From: Euprymna scolopes
Taxonomy: Eukaryota
Strand: one strand, 5' to 3'
Length of the DNA stretch: 64,000 nt
Assembly: GCA_053919585.1 (NCBI GenBank)
Contig: CM132799.1
The notes under the pieces are model-generated. The model saw only the letters and a program-made list of their open reading frames with translations. It was not told the origin of the DNA and did not search any database. The position numbers and the translations under genes are program-made. Positions 1 through 12,750 of the stretch are shown one piece after another. The stretch's first letter is position 1; each line of letters opens with the position of its first letter.

Positions 1-237
1 TTTTTTTCCCCGTTTCTGTTTTTTTTTTCCCCGTTTCTGTTTTTTTTTTCCCCGTTTCTGTTTTTTTTTTCCCCTTTCTGTTTTTTTTTTCCCCTTTCTG
101 TTTTTTTTTTCCCCTTTCTGTTTTTTTTTTTCCCCTTTCTGTTTTTTTTTTCCCCTTTCTGTTTTTTTTTTCCCCTTTCTGTTTTTTTTTTCCCCTTTCT
201 GTTTTTTTTCCCTTTGTTTTTTTTTCCCCCTTTCTGC
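1..237. repeat. ~20-bp tandem minisatellite (T9-11 CCCC[G/T]TTTCTG-like), ~11-12 units
   Basis: Direct reading: repeated ttttttttttcccctttctg units, decaying toward 237. Confidence 0.9.
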
Positions 238-362
238 TTTTTCATATGCTTACCCTTATTTATTTTTTAAATTCCTAATTTTCCTTTTGTGTTATTAGGA
301 TTGTTCTGTTTTTGTTGTTTTTGTTTCTTTTTTCTATCTCTCTCTCTCACCCCATCACTTAG

Positions 363-469
363 GTGTGATAATAAGACGTCTTGTAGTGTTCAAGCCTCCA
401 ACGATTTATTTGAGGATCCGTGCGGCGGCACACCTAAATATCTTGAGATAATATATTGGTGCAATTATG
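363..469 (+). CDS. Coding exon: C-terminal half of SUEL/rhamnose-binding lectin (Gal_lectin) domain, variant A
   Basis: Pyrimidine tract + cacttag| acceptor; g|gtaaga donor; 107 nt, phase 2->1; encodes (R)CDNKTSCSVQASNDLFEDPCGGTPKYLEIIYWCNY with the SUEL DPCxGTxKYLxxxYxC motif. Confidence 0.88.
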
Positions 470-1230
470 GTAAGAGGACAAACTGTTCTGAGCACCTGCA
501 TGTCTGCCGTCATAATGTTTTTGATAACTTACCTGATCCCCAACCCCTTTATTTCCCCCTGCCCCCTGTTACCATTCTCTCCTACTCTCAAACTCCCTAA
601 ACCCAAAACCCCACCTTCAATAATTTTTACCTAATCCCATGCATATTGTGATCCATCATAAAGATATAACATCCAATAAAAGAAAACACACACAAAAAAT
701 GGTTACACGTTCTTTCTCCCTTTAGATATCACCAAGATATACTTCTGTTTGACCAGTATATATCTTATGAAATATTAACACCTTCATTAAATCTTAGTTT
801 AAAGATATATGGTTATTTATTTTCTATTTTGATATTAACTTACATAATAGCATTGTAATGGTCAGAGCAATAACTTATTGTCGTTGCTGATGTCTATAAG
901 GTTTTATAAAGATGCTAAGCACGGATGATGATGATGCTAAAATTCAACAGGGTAGAGATAGATTTATCACTAGCATTTGGAGTGGAGTAGAATCTATTCA
1001 ACAAAGACTCGCTGTAGGGGTTGTATTAAAAAAAAAATTTGTGAGTTCGTTCCCCAGTGACTCTGAAACAGCTAGGCCTATTTTTAAAAAATTTCACAAA
1101 AATGTACTTTATGTGCTTGGTAGTGTTCTTAGATAGATTTATCACTAACATTAGTAGCAGAGTATAAAAAGCAACTAGTAGAATGCAATAAACAAAGACT
1201 CCCTATGGAGTTTGTACTTAAAGAAATATA

Positions 1231-1943
1231 TCTATAATATAAAGCTGAACGTCTGTATGTGCCTGGTCACGAATAGGCTCCTATATGGTTGACTATTATA
1301 GAAAACTGATCACGTATAATGATAGATGTATCGAGACACAGGAATGGGTATTGTGGGGTCTGCGTACGCGCCTGGTCCACAAAGTATGGAAATAAATTTA
1401 AAAATTAAAAAAAAACGTTTACAAGTGTTTTTGATATAGATGTACATAATAATACTTTGATAAGTATGTTTTAACTTAAATAGGGATGGTATAATAAAAT
1501 TGTGGGGTCTGCGTTCGAGCCTTGCCTCTATAGAATGGAAATAGGCACAAACTTTAAAGACTTTTCGTATCTATCTGCGTAAGTATACTTTGATAATTAT
1601 GTTTCAGTTTGAAGAAATATGGTATAATAAAATTATGGGGTGTTCGTTCGCATCTGACCTCCATAGAATGTAAATATGTCACAAAGTTTAACAAGGCTTT
1701 TTAATATAGATCCACAGAATATTGTGATAAGTGTTTCAGTATGAACGGGTATGGTATAATAAATTATGGGGTTTATCTATTTTATTTTTACTTTCATCAT
1801 ATTTTGCTTTGGTTTTGATACCCCCAAATTCGAAGCTATCTCTTTACAACCCTTCCTGTTCATAACCTATCATACTTTCATAAATCAGAGTCCATTTTCT
1901 GTGGGCTGTTTTTGAACCCAATCAACGACGGGTACTTTTGCTA

Positions 1944-1944
<1 letters not shown>
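1231..1944 (+). mobile_element. Non-autonomous Helitron-like element with internal ~120-bp tandem subrepeats
   Basis: 5' TC(tataatataaag), 3' accc...gggt hairpin then CTAG, inserted between A and T; repeated ggtataataaaattrtgggg units; homologous copy at 5370-5830 (-). Confidence 0.65.
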
Positions 1945-1981
<37 letters not shown>

Positions 1982-2168
1982 GGATTAGAACAAGAGTCTA
2001 AAGAGCAGAGTATATTTTAATGTATTAGTACATTCATTAATACAATTAAAAGAAAAGTGCTTGTTGTAATGTAGATATATAATAAGCTTGATAGGAATAT
2101 ATCATAAAGCTATTTTAATATTAAGTAAGATGATTGATAATTTATAAGGAAGAACAAACAAAATCAAT

Positions 2169-2269
2169 AAATTGTACGATCGTTTCGGAAACTGTTTTTA
2201 TTGTGATAGACATTGAGTCTTGAACAATAATTTTATAGTTTTTTGAAACAGTTTCCTCATCAGCAATTT
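2169..2269 (-). ncRNA. Type I hammerhead ribozyme motif with extended stem II
   Basis: Minus strand: AAATTG-CTGATGA-GGAAACTGTTT[loop]AAACAGTTTCC-GAAA-CGATCG-TA-CAATTT; stem I 6 bp, stem II 11 bp, palindromic helix III, GUA cleavage triplet. Confidence 0.7.
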
Positions 2270-2427
2270 TTTTTTTTTTTTTTTTTTTTTAGACTATAAA
2301 CTACGTTTACCATCCAAATGAATGCATTGACTTTTAGAAGGGGAACCATTAAGATACATCTGCCTTACTTCAAAAATGCAAGGTTTATTTTTGGTGTCTT
2401 TAAAAAAAAAAAAAAAAAAAACTCGCC

Positions 2428-2543
2428 CAATATTTTTGCTGATGAGGAACTGTTTCAAAAAACTATATGATAAAATTATTGTCCAAGATTCGATGTCTAT
2501 CACAATAAAAACATTGTTTCCGAAACGATCGTACAATTTATTG
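2428..2543 (+). ncRNA. Type I hammerhead ribozyme motif (second arm)
   Basis: TTG-CTGATGA(2439-2445)-GGAAC...GTTTCC-GAAA(2522-2525)-CGATCG-TA-CAA; stems I and II imperfect. Confidence 0.6.
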
Positions 2544-2629
2544 ATTTTGTTTGTTCTTCCATATGAAACCGATTTTTAATTTTAATTATAAATTATCAAT
2601 CATCTTACTTATATATATGTGTGTGTGTG

Positions 2630-2668
<39 letters not shown>

Positions 2669-2672
2669 GTGT

Positions 2673-3019
2673 GTGTGATGGGACGATTTCAATGTTTTTC
2701 CAGATTCTGAATACAATTACGGATTCCAATTCTTTATAGATCTCTAAATATTTACCTTTAAAATTATTGTTCCTGAGTACTGTAAAAACAGTAAATGGGC
2801 AGATATTTTCTCAAAAATAAAAACACTTCTAGGGTGTGGGTTATCTATCGATTTTAGTTCTTATTGGTAGTTTAAAATCAATAAATATTTATTTTATTAT
2901 TACTACCGGCAGTGAAATATTGTTTTGAATAAAATCAAACAAAAAAGACTATTAAAGGAACCGTTTTTGGTATTGGAAAATAGACGAACACTTTTCCGAT
3001 TTTTACGATCCCAACACTA
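2673..3019 (+). mobile_element. hAT-like MITE (TIR TAGTGWTGGGACGAT family)
   Basis: Ends gtgatgggacgat ... cgatcccaacacta; internal similarity to 18426, 37647, 44017 copies. Confidence 0.75.
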
Positions 3020-3032
3020 TATATATATATAT

Positions 3033-3230
3033 GCAGGGTGATTGAAAAGTAACTATTTTAAAATACATACAATTTGTTTTTTGAAATTAATGAGAAGAGT
3101 ATAGTGTATGGACTTTTAAAATTCAATATAGACGCCATCATTTGCCACCAGCTTTTCAAGTCGTCCAGGAATCGCATCAACTGATTTCACAAACTCTTGC
3201 AGAATAGTATTTACCCTTGTGGAGGAGCTC
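3033..3230 (-). mobile_element. Tc1/mariner 3' end fragment
   Basis: cagggtg TIR-like start; minus strand reads ...VKSVDAIPGRLEKLVANDGVYIEF*, a typical mariner/maT transposase C-terminus. Confidence 0.6.
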
Positions 3231-3439
3231 CATCTTGCATAAAAATCAAATTTTCAATATTGTCTCAAGCACTAATAATTGGCTAAATTTCATCTCAACA
3301 TAGTGAACTACCTTTACACTTTGTCATTGTCTGTGATTGGCTGAATGCCTAATTCCCTGTAAGATGAATGGGTCGTCGGGTTTGCACGAATGGCTGGCCT
3401 GAATTCTCTGGGGTTGGCCGAAAGAGCAAGTCTACTCAG

Positions 3440-3590
3440 CCAAACCTAGAAATTTAGAAGAACGTGAAGGGCAATTCTTCTCCCTTTGTCAGAAACACTG
3501 CTCATGGAATGTGAGGACTAAAGGACAAAATAAGGGAAACGAGTTATCAGGTTGCTAAAATTAAGTCCAAACGTCCACTTTCTACTCTGC
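3440..3590. repeat. Dispersed repeat of unknown class (reverse-complement copies at ~26335-26480, ~52530-52620, ~55970-56060)
   Basis: Shared gcaattcttc...gtcagaaaca...catggaatgtgaggactaaagga core. Confidence 0.65.
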
Positions 3591-3596
3591 TAGATA

Positions 3597-4181
3597 CAGG
3601 GTGTCCCAAAAGAAGTTGATGGATTTTAAATGTGATTAACTTCCTCCATATTTAAGTTATGCTTACCAATTTTCATATATATATGTAGATGAGCCTCTCC
3701 GTGATTTTTTGAGATATAGTAAGATATCATAATCTACTTATTCTATTTTTAACTTAATCTAGGGTATGTTTTTCACAAGGTCTAATTTTAGTTATGAAAA
3801 ATGATGTTACTCAAATGTCCATTTTCATTTTCACATCTTGTGCTCTCTGCAGAACATTGTCCAGCACATCGCTTCATGTTTCAGGGCTTATGACCCTAAT
3901 TTTCTCCTTTATATTGTTTTTAAGGGCAGTTATCGTAGCTGGTGTTATTGCATTGGAATTTCTTGAAGTTTCGTCGTAATTCTTTGAGTTTCTGATATTG
4001 ACTCCTTCAACTGTAAATTTGACTTTACGATAAATATCCGCTCCTCGGTAGTGTAACGACTCATGATGACCTTTTGAAGGGTTACTCTAGATGATCTGAA
4101 AAAAATAAAAGAAAAATATAAAAAATTAAGAAAGTTGTGAATTTTTTTTTTTTAACCATCAGCTTCTTTTGGGACACCCTG
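3597..4181 (-). mobile_element. Tc1/mariner internally deleted element
   Basis: TIRs cagggtgtcccaaaagaagttgatgg / ccatcagcttcttttgggacaccctg, TA on both sides; degenerate transposase C-terminus on minus strand (~3790-3920). Confidence 0.85.
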
Positions 4182-4958
4182 TATAGAAACGAATGTCACC
4201 TTTTGGAAGTGTATTTATAATCGTTGTCGTTGACAGGATGGCATAATTTGAATTGGGAACAATTCATTAGAAAATGAATAAAATCGGATTTTTTTTTATC
4301 TTAGCAACATCAGATTAATCATTAATCTTTGTTAATCAGACGATCTTTTGTTTTTTATGCAATAAAAGGTGATAACGTAAAAGTGTTTAGCGTATTTAAG
4401 ATATAACGTGTTTAATTAAACCCTTGCCACTATTGGGCATGACCTGTGATTGCACAGAACGCCAGCCTCATATGCCATGAGTATTTGTTGCAGATAATGT
4501 CAAGTTAATCCACCGTGCATTTTGTATCCTCATGCAAAGAGTGTCTGTTGAATAGATTATGCATCACATATATTGCAACGATCGGCCTTCTGTGCTGAGC
4601 AGAACGCCGGTTTCGTTTATGTTGCATCACATTCATTGTTCAGGACATTAGCCTCGTGCGTGGCGTACACATGGCGTACACATGGCGTTATACATCTTTC
4701 CTATATGGTGTGATAGTCTTATATAATGTTCAGAACATTAGCCTCATGCACGATGCATCGTCTGAAATGCATTCAGCGTTTCTTTTTTTTTGTTTTTTCA
4801 TTAAGTTTTTATTTATTGCATCTGCAGGGTCTTAAAACCGTTATTAGTGCACATGATTCTTGCGGTTTTCTTTTTTGGAGGGGGATGTTATAACGTTTCA
4901 AGAATTTTGATAAAAGGCAAGTAAACTGTTTATGACGTGGAAATTTATTTTTTACTAG

Positions 4959-5097
4959 TGTTCTCATCTTTGTTTCGGCCGATGTAATCTCCAACCTTAT
5001 TTTATGCACATCTTGTTGAACTCAGAGATTCTAGAGCTTGACGAGATGCACTTGAATAAGCCTGGAGGTTACGTTGGCCGAAACGTTGTGAGAATAA
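4959..5097. repeat. Tail-out palindrome with degenerate hammerhead core (same family as 32811-32955)
   Basis: ttctca..gtttcggccgatgtaatctcca / tggaggttacgttggccgaaacgttgtgagaa arms. Confidence 0.65.
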
Positions 5098-5369
5098 TAC
5101 TCGAGCTGAGAACAGTGGTTTAAATAATTTTGACGATTGTCTATGGAGATGAAACGCGGACATCTGTTGTTTAATTTCCATAGTAATTTTCATAATTTAC
5201 TGTCCATAAAGTCCGTGTGCACATTAAAATATTTATAATTTTGTGTTTGCAATAGAAATAATCTATAAAAAGAATTCGCTTTTAAAACAATTCATTTTAA
5301 AATTACACACGAACTTTATAGACACCCTCTGTGTGTGTGTGTGTGTGACATATTTCCAATCTATGGAGG

Positions 5370-5818
5370 TATGGCACGAACGAACACCCCATAATTTTAT
5401 TATACCATATTTCTTCAAACTGAAACATAATTATCAAAGTATACTTACACAAATAGATATGAAAAGTCTTTATTAAAGTTTGTGCCTATTTCCATTCTAT
5501 AGAGGCCATGTGCGAACGTAGACTCCACAATTATACCATCCCTATTTAAGTTAAAACATAGTTATCAAAGTATTATGTACATCTATATCAAAAACACTTG
5601 TAAACGTTTTTTTTTTTTTTTTTAATTTTTTATTTCCATACTTTGTGGACCAGGCGCGTACGCAGACCCCACAATTTTAATGAATCATCATTATGCCAGA
5701 TCAAACATACCCATTCCTGTGTCTCGATACATCTTCTATCATTATACGTGATCAATTTTCTATAATAGTCAACCATATAGAGGCCTATTCGTGACCAGAG
5801 ACACACACAGACCTTCAG

Positions 5819-5830
<12 letters not shown>
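5370..5830 (-). mobile_element. Helitron-like element, 5' part (same family as 1231-1944)
   Basis: Reverse complement of ~1235-1650. Confidence 0.75.
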
Positions 5831-5860
<30 letters not shown>

Positions 5861-6768
5861 GGTGAAAAAAAAACTAAATAAATTATAATATTTATTAATT
5901 CATCAAATATTGTAATTTATTCAATTTTATTTTCATTTTCTATTTTTATTTTAAATTCTGTCTAGTATATGGATTTTTTTTTATCTTCATAGGTTCTAAT
6001 TTTAAGATTTATTTTTGTAATATATATATATATATATATAACCATCTAAAACCAGTATCTGTATACATTCTTTTTAAAGTATATGAAAAAAAATTAAAAT
6101 ATTTAAATTGGTTTTGCAGTGCTAAGCTGTTTCCTTAACAATCTAGTTATAATCATCTCTATTTCTATAAAAGTTGTTCATGTGTATGTTTTTATATTTC
6201 TATGTACACGAATAACTTCTAAACTAATTATGAATGATATACTAAACATGAGGGGTCGTAATGTAGGTTATATTTACTTTAGGTTTACTCAAAGAGTGAG
6301 GAGGGTGTCGTAGCCCTTTGTTAAAACTCGGTTATCTCATTCTTTTTTAGCAATAGATATTAGATATCAATTGATGAATATAAATACATTTGGATTCCTC
6401 CTCATAAGAATGTGGTTGGCTGGTTAGTCCATAAATATGGACTGGTAGAGCAGTCTAGGAGGAATGTAGAAAGATATATTAAGGATATTACTAGCTCTGT
6501 CCATGAACACTATACAGTAAGGCAACTTACTATATTACTCGAATATAGTAGCCAAGATCACTCTGCTACTTCAAACGAATATATCCCTTTCACAGGACAT
6601 ATCATTACCAACATTTCAGTTTCTTTGGGGTATTTTGAAGGGAGGAAGCATAACCTGGGAAACAATCTTTCTTTTCAAATATTTCAGATTTACATTAAGT
6701 TTTTTTCATAGTCACAAGATTTATTAAGCAAGAGTCCCTGAATATAAATTTCTGCTATAGTCAAGATT

Positions 6769-7039
6769 GGTCCTGGATATGACCTTAAACTATATCCGAT
6801 GGTGAGGCCCCAGCTTGCGGGTTTGGGGGAGTGTGGAGCCACCCTTTAATTGCCATTGCTCCCAGGTCCACTCTGACCCGGGGTGGTAGTACCTGTTAGT
6901 CCCAACTATGGGTTAAATAGAAACCGAATTGAAAAAAAACAAAAACAAATATATTCTATTAAAAAACTTTTCTTCAAAATTACTGGATGCTGCATTAAAT
7001 AACCTGATAAGGGTTGATATGCCGTAAAACAAAAACAAT
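6769..7039 (+). mobile_element. Pseudoknot-headed SINE-like element (family PK), short form
   Basis: Begins GGTCCTGGATATGACC; 13-bp TSD tatagtcaagatt (6756-6768 / 7040-7052). Confidence 0.9.
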
Positions 7040-7654
7040 TATAGTCAAGATTGTAACTTTCAGTTTCTGCTGGATAAGTGAACTAGAAAACCATTATTAA
7101 CTTGGGAAGAGGGGAGGAGGCATTCATATTAGCTGAAAGGAAGATAATCATTAATCAAAATAGACCCTATCTTGATTGTCACCATCGTCTCATCTGCTGA
7201 GCACAAACGAGTCAAAAAGAACAGGCAGTTTTAACCTAAATTTCTTCTAAAGACCTAAACCTTAAATTTTAGACATTCTCTAAAATCAGAATCATGTAAT
7301 AAATTTGGATCAAGATTAGAACAAGTATTCTAGGCATAAGTTTTAACCGATATATCTTGATTTTCATAAGAGGACACGGGGCTTTGTTGAGAGTGAAACG
7401 GTCACATTTGCAAGTGATTTCTTTTTTTCAAAATGGCGACTATAAATAGTAAAACGCTCACCTTTTGGCAATTGTGTTTCTTTCCCTGATAATTTTCTGA
7501 AGCTCATTACTTAATGGAAAATGTCTTTTCAACCTTTAATTTATTTAAACAAAAAAAAAAAACGATCAAAATCAAATTATTCAAACAAAGGTTTAATAGA
7601 ACAATGTACTCCTTTTTTTTTTTTAACAAAGGCGGTTAAAAAATACTTCTGAAG

Positions 7655-8820
7655 ACATTTGAATATTATACTTGTGGAAAAATATGAAGCACTTGATGAA
7701 ATCGACATTAATAAGCTATCTGTTCTTAATAGCATTTATGACACTGGAAAGATGCCCGCAGATATACTTAGTTCCACATTCACCACACTCCCCAAGAAAC
7801 CTGGAACAACCGACTGTGAATGTCACAGAACGATTAGCCTGATGAGCCATACATTGATTTTCCTAATGAAAATACTAATGAAGAGACTGTGAAAGAAAAC
7901 AAAAGTGAAATTTGGGTTTGTCACAAACAAGTGCCATATTCACGATGCCATGCTGACAGAAATTGTATAGAGGCAGAAAGACCCGTGTTTTATCAATTTT
8001 TCAAAAGCCTTTGATAAAGTAAACCATGAAGACCTATTCAAAATGCTAAATAAACGAGACGTTTATGGGAAAAACCTTAGAATTCTGAACAACCTCTATT
8101 GAAGACAAATGGCGACAGAATAGGTGGAGAACACAGTGAAGAAACCTTAATAAGAGGAGGAGTCCGTCAAGGGTTTTGTCACTAGATTTATTCAACCTCT
8201 ATGGCGAAAATGTACTGAGAGAAATTGAGGACATCAAAGGTATAAGTTTGGGTGTACACAACATTAATCATTTCTAAGGTATGCAGACGATACTGTTAAT
8301 AGCACAATGTGAAGAGACCCGCCAACGCATGCTGGGTACTGTAGTGGAAGCAAGTGAAAGTAAAGGTTTTGCTTTTAAACATCTCAGTAACGGTCAGCAT
8401 GACAGTATCCAAGAATACGCAAACTCCAACATGACGGCTACAATGTCACAATGTACCAATTAAACAAGTTGATATCTGGGCTACTAGATTATATCTGATG
8501 GAAGGTGCACTACCAAAATACAAACTTGCATAGCTGCAGCCAAAGTCGCCTACAAGAGATTGTCATCAATCAAGACCAATGGATACATTCACCAAATTCA
8601 AAATACTCCGAACATATGTATGGTCTGTTCTATTATATGGTTGTTGTGAGTGCTGGACAATCACCAACACCACAAGGAAAAGATTAGAGGCAACTGAAAC
8701 TTGGTTTGTGAGGAGAATTTTGAAGATATCCTGGACACAAAAGAAAACAAACCAGGAGGTATTCGAGTGGCAAACACAGAAAGGTCTCTAATAAGAACGG
8801 TACAAAAAAGACAACTGAGA
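7655..8820 (+). mobile_element. Degenerate RTE-clade LINE reverse transcriptase fragment
   Basis: TLPKKPGTTDCECHRTISLMSHT, FSKAFDKVNHE, GVRQG, YADD-like region, YVWSVLLYGCCECWT..RRILKISW; many frameshifts/stops. Confidence 0.9.
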
Positions 8821-9163
8821 TAAAATTTGGTGTTTATTTAGAATTACACTTATTTAAAAATAAATAAATAAAAAATAAGGAAGAAAAATCTTTGATGTAC
8901 ATAATCGTTAAGGAACGAAGATATATTCCAAAAATCATGTGGGTTTGGTTAGTAACTTTTCTATTTGGCTGTAAACAGAAACATTTAGTTGTCAAAGGTC
9001 AGCCAAAGATAAATTTGTTTGTAGAGCCCTGGGACATAAATATGGTGATAAAATATTCTGTTCAGGAATTTTACCCGTCCTGGGTATCATCAATATATTC
9101 TGCTCAGAAAGTTGTCTATGTACTGTTTTCTTAGAACTTAAAACCAGGAAACCTTTATTAAAT

Positions 9164-9199
<36 letters not shown>

Positions 9200-9559
9200 A
9201 TTAGGCAAAATGCATAACATAAAACATGAATGGCGTCATCAGAAAAAAGGTTCAATTACTTTATTTCATACAAACTTCTCCCCCTTTCTCAATAGCACTT
9301 TTTTTCTTTTTTTTTTAACCTCTTCTGCTAGATTGAAGCAGAATACCGTAAAGCTGTATTCAAATTCTATTGGTTTCCTCTCTTTGGCAGCCATCTTGTC
9401 TCCATCTATACTTTAGCAGCTGTGGAAAAAGGATTTCTGTAGGCCGGATTTTCCATGCATAACTATTAGTGGATCCGATACTCCTCGTCTGTGTACCTCC
9501 TTTCTAATTGGTTAATTGCTGTAAAGAAGAATGACCGTGTCACTTAATTGCTAACTTAA

Positions 9560-11210
9560 CACGGTCCTTGTCAAAATATAATCGACAAATCGAATTTTTA
9601 ATTATATCGTTTTTAGCAAAAGCAATATTATATACTTAATTGTCATGTCAGAAATAATATATCCTAAAATTATGAAAATTCATCAAGTAGAACAACTGCT
9701 AGTCAGTTTTTATTTAAAAAAAAAAAAAAAAAAAAAGTCTATCGCTATAGACAACAAATATTACATGCCATCGTTCCGAGTTATGTTCCCTGTGTGAACT
9801 CAACTGTCTACATTATAATGTCTAAGAAAGATTTTTTTTTTTTTTTTTTACACAGTGATCACCACTTATCAAGGCCCGGAAGCCACTCAGGGATAAGGGT
9901 TATTGCAAGTACATTACGTTAGTGTGGAGATTTGATGAAGTGTTTAATTAAGGGGGCGGTTCATTAGGAATTTGTTAACATTGGACTTGAAGACATCCAA
10001 GTTGTAGTCCGGAGGGAAGCAGGCAGACGGAACAGAGTTCCACAGGTGTGCAGTTCTAAGAAAGAAGCTTTGTTCATGGAATCCGCGTTTTGATTTAGGC
10101 ACAGATATAGTGGGGGAAATTTTTGACAGTGGATTCAGCTAGACGGGTGTTTTTCGTGAAAGATTGACGAGGGGGGACCAGAGATTGGAGTTCAGACGAG
10201 CACCTGCCATGGAAATAACGATAAAACAAGGATAGGCTCGCAACGTCTCTTCTGTGGGAGAGAGGTTGCAGGGTAGAGAAAAGGGCATCCCCCACTAAGC
10301 CACGAAGTCTATTTTGTACTCTGTCAAGGCAGGATAGGCTGTTTTTAGCAGCTCCTGCCCAGATATGGCAACAGTATTCCATCCTTGGACGTACTTGGCT
10401 TTTATATAGATAGAGAATTGCATCAGTAGTGAGATATCTTCTGGAGCGGTAGAAGGATCCCACCATCTTTCCAGCGACCTTGGCAACAGACTTGATGTAC
10501 GTGTTCCATTTCAGATCAGGAGTAAAGGTCAAACCCAGAAGCTTGTCAAAACACGGGGCCTCACCCAGCCGAGAGCCATCCATCACAATTGATGCCAGCT
10601 GGGGATCAGAGCGTTGATGATGTAAGGATAGGAGTTTGGTTTTGGATACATTAAAGGTAACCAGCCACATCTTCCCCCACTGAACCACAGGAGAGAGGAT
10701 CAAAGAGAACTTTGTCATTTACAGCCTTTGATGTGTTGCCGTAGATGGTCGTGTCATCAGCATAGATGTCAACGAATGATTTAAGTATGTGTTTAGGGAG
10801 GTCATTGATGTAGATCAGGAAGAGAGATGGGCCCAGGATTGACCCCTGAGGGACTCCAGCATTTATATTTCAGGCCTCCGATTTTTGTCCATCTACCACT
10901 ACTCTTATGAGCCTATCGGAGAGAAATGATTTAATGATTGAGAAAACATTTCCAGTTATACAGTAGCTGGAAATCTTGTGAAGTAGACCCTTATGCCATA
11001 CCTTTTTGAAGGCCTTTGATATGTCAAGAGCAATTGCCCTAGAAAGGAAGATGCAGTTTTACCCAATTTTCCATACTTTTAACTATAAATAGCTTTGTAT
11101 TCGATGAATTTTAGTCATTTTTGGATATATTACTATTTTCGGGATGACAATTGAGTACATAAAATGATATTTTAAAAAATCGATCCGTCAACTATATTAA
11201 CAAGCACCGA
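9560..11210. mobile_element. MITE-like TIR element hosting the CR1 insertion; partial direct duplicate at ~11380-11655
   Basis: Ends cacggtccttgtcaaaatata / tatattaacaagcaccg; the sequence interrupted at 9830/11041 is contiguous in the 11470-11510 copy. Confidence 0.5.
9832..11041 (-). mobile_element. 5'-truncated CR1-like LINE (RT domain, C-terminus, 3' UTR, poly(A))
   Basis: Minus strand: [31 protein letters not shown] 10095-10718 (LYLYKSQVRPRMEYCCHIWAG, LSHRRDVASLSLFYRYFHG); T-run 9832-9849; agaaag on both flanks. Confidence 0.92.
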
Positions 11211-11689
11211 CACAACAGTAGTAGTAGTAGTAGTAGTAGTGTATTGACAAGTGTATAATCCCGACATACATGCTCATTGTTTGAACCAGGCGTGTCGTCC
11301 TTGCCCTCGATCAACACGGGCTCTCTTTAAAATGGAGGTTGTGTTTTAGTAAATAAAAAAAAAAATAAATAATAATAATAATCGATCACTATAGACAATA
11401 AATATGGCAACCATGAACAGGTTATGTTTCAGAGCTATTTCCCTTGCGTGTACATTCTTATTGTCTACTTTATAACGTCTAAGAAAAAATGCGATTTTAC
11501 CCAATTTTCCATAAAAATTAGTTTTAATTATAAATGACTTCTTACTCGATTCTATTTACTATTTTTGGTATGACAATTAAGTATGTAATATTGTTTTTGG
11601 TTAAAACGACATATTTAAAAAAAAATCAGATGTTGACTGTATCTTAACAAGCACCCTTAACAATATCGAGTAGATAGCCTCTCTAAATA

Positions 11690-11800
11690 TGCTATAATCC
11701 CATTGACTAATATATACCCATTAACCCTTATCCTCGAGTGGCCTCCGGGCCTTGATAAGTGGGGACTCCTTGGTAAGTGGGGACTCCTTGGTAAAAAAAA
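11690..11800 (+). mobile_element. CR1-like 3' tail fragment with duplicated terminal 18-mer
   Basis: ttaacccttatcctcgagtggcc...ccttgataagtggggactccttgg, terminal unit x2, then A-run. Confidence 0.8.
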
Positions 11801-11952
11801 ATAAAAAAGGATCTGCAGAATTTTCGTTGTGGAATACACCAACTTAGAAGTTCAACTAACTAATTTCTCAAACTTGTTTAGCATATAAATACTGAATATT
11901 ATTCACTGTGCTAATATATCTGGTTATTTTCTGTTATTGATAATTTATAGCA

Positions 11953-12180
11953 CTAGCAGGGAGACCCGACATTGCCTGGGGTCGAATAAGGATCAACGAA
12001 TGTTTCACCCTCTGATATTTTATTGTCATCAAAATCGGTGAAATCGCACATTATTCAATCGAATCTGTTGGTTGCATGCTCTAGTTTGGAACCAACCGTG
12101 GTGGAAGCAGGAGGAAGCTTCACATGCCTACCCGCAGCGACTTTGTCCACAATACATTGTCTATATTGCACTGTAGTGAA
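11953..12180 (-). mobile_element. Helitron-like 3' part (family of 15293-15951)
   Basis: actagcagggagaccc end; ~12075-12175 matches reverse complement of ~15743-15840. Confidence 0.6.
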
Positions 12181-12489
12181 TGAATTTGAGAGAACGGCTC
12201 AACAAGAATTTAACATTAAACTTGATAACTACCATGTTATTGTCGGTTGGAAAGCAGCTCCATTGTATTGTTCCACAAGCCAGCTTTGCTCATAGTTGTT
12301 CTGTTTGGTTTTAGATACGGAGGAAATTATTTATAGTGGTTGTAGATAGACGAGTTTTCGTTGTGAATGTTTTACATAAATTGCAGTTCAGTAAAGCACC
12401 TACTATGGCAATGACGATGGAGTAGACAAATAGCCTTTTTTCTATGAGAAAGAATCTGTGCAGAAGGGCTTCATGAGTTATATCCTTCG

Positions 12490-12750
12490 CTTGGTGCAGA
12501 TTGCGAACCAACGTGATTTATTTTTCGTCATTCCTACCGATCCAGGGCAAGTTGGTTGATGGATGCCCAACTGTTGATAGATGTTCAATCAAAAACATTT
12601 TCTCTCCACTTTCTCATTGCCCTTCCTCTGCCTCTTTTGCCTTCTAACATGCCGTCAAAGCATAACTTTGACAGACCAGTGGTTGATCGGTTGACATGGC
12701 CAAAAAGTTTAAGGATTTTACTTTTGATTTTATCAAATAGAGAGGGGTAG
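12490..12750 (-). mobile_element. RTE-like LINE C-terminal fragment
   Basis: Minus strand LKLFGHVNRS...GMLEGKRGRGRAMRKWRENV, the characteristic RTE ORF end. Confidence 0.7.

Larger units (their letters stand above)
2122..2611. repeat. Long inverted repeat (tail-out palindrome), each arm carrying a hammerhead motif; Penelope-like remnant
   Basis: 2122-2266 is the reverse complement of 2435-2611 (with indels); spacer ~170 nt. Confidence 0.85.

Noticed and set aside
1-237. CRISPR-like array
   Set aside because: No unique spacers, eukaryotic context; simple minisatellite
289-600. 103-aa ORF as a complete gene (likewise 31396-31668 and 61114-61320)
   Set aside because: Only the central part is domain-like and it is bounded by AG/GT; the flanks translate pyrimidine tracts and low-complexity intron
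6769-6850. HDV-like ribozyme at the PK-family 5' end
   Set aside because: I could not assemble the nested P1/P2/P3/P1.1/P4 fold or catalytic J4/2; only a simple H-type pseudoknot is supported
10095-10718. Longest ORF (207 aa) as a host gene
   Set aside because: C-terminal part of a frameshifted, 5'-truncated CR1-like ORF2
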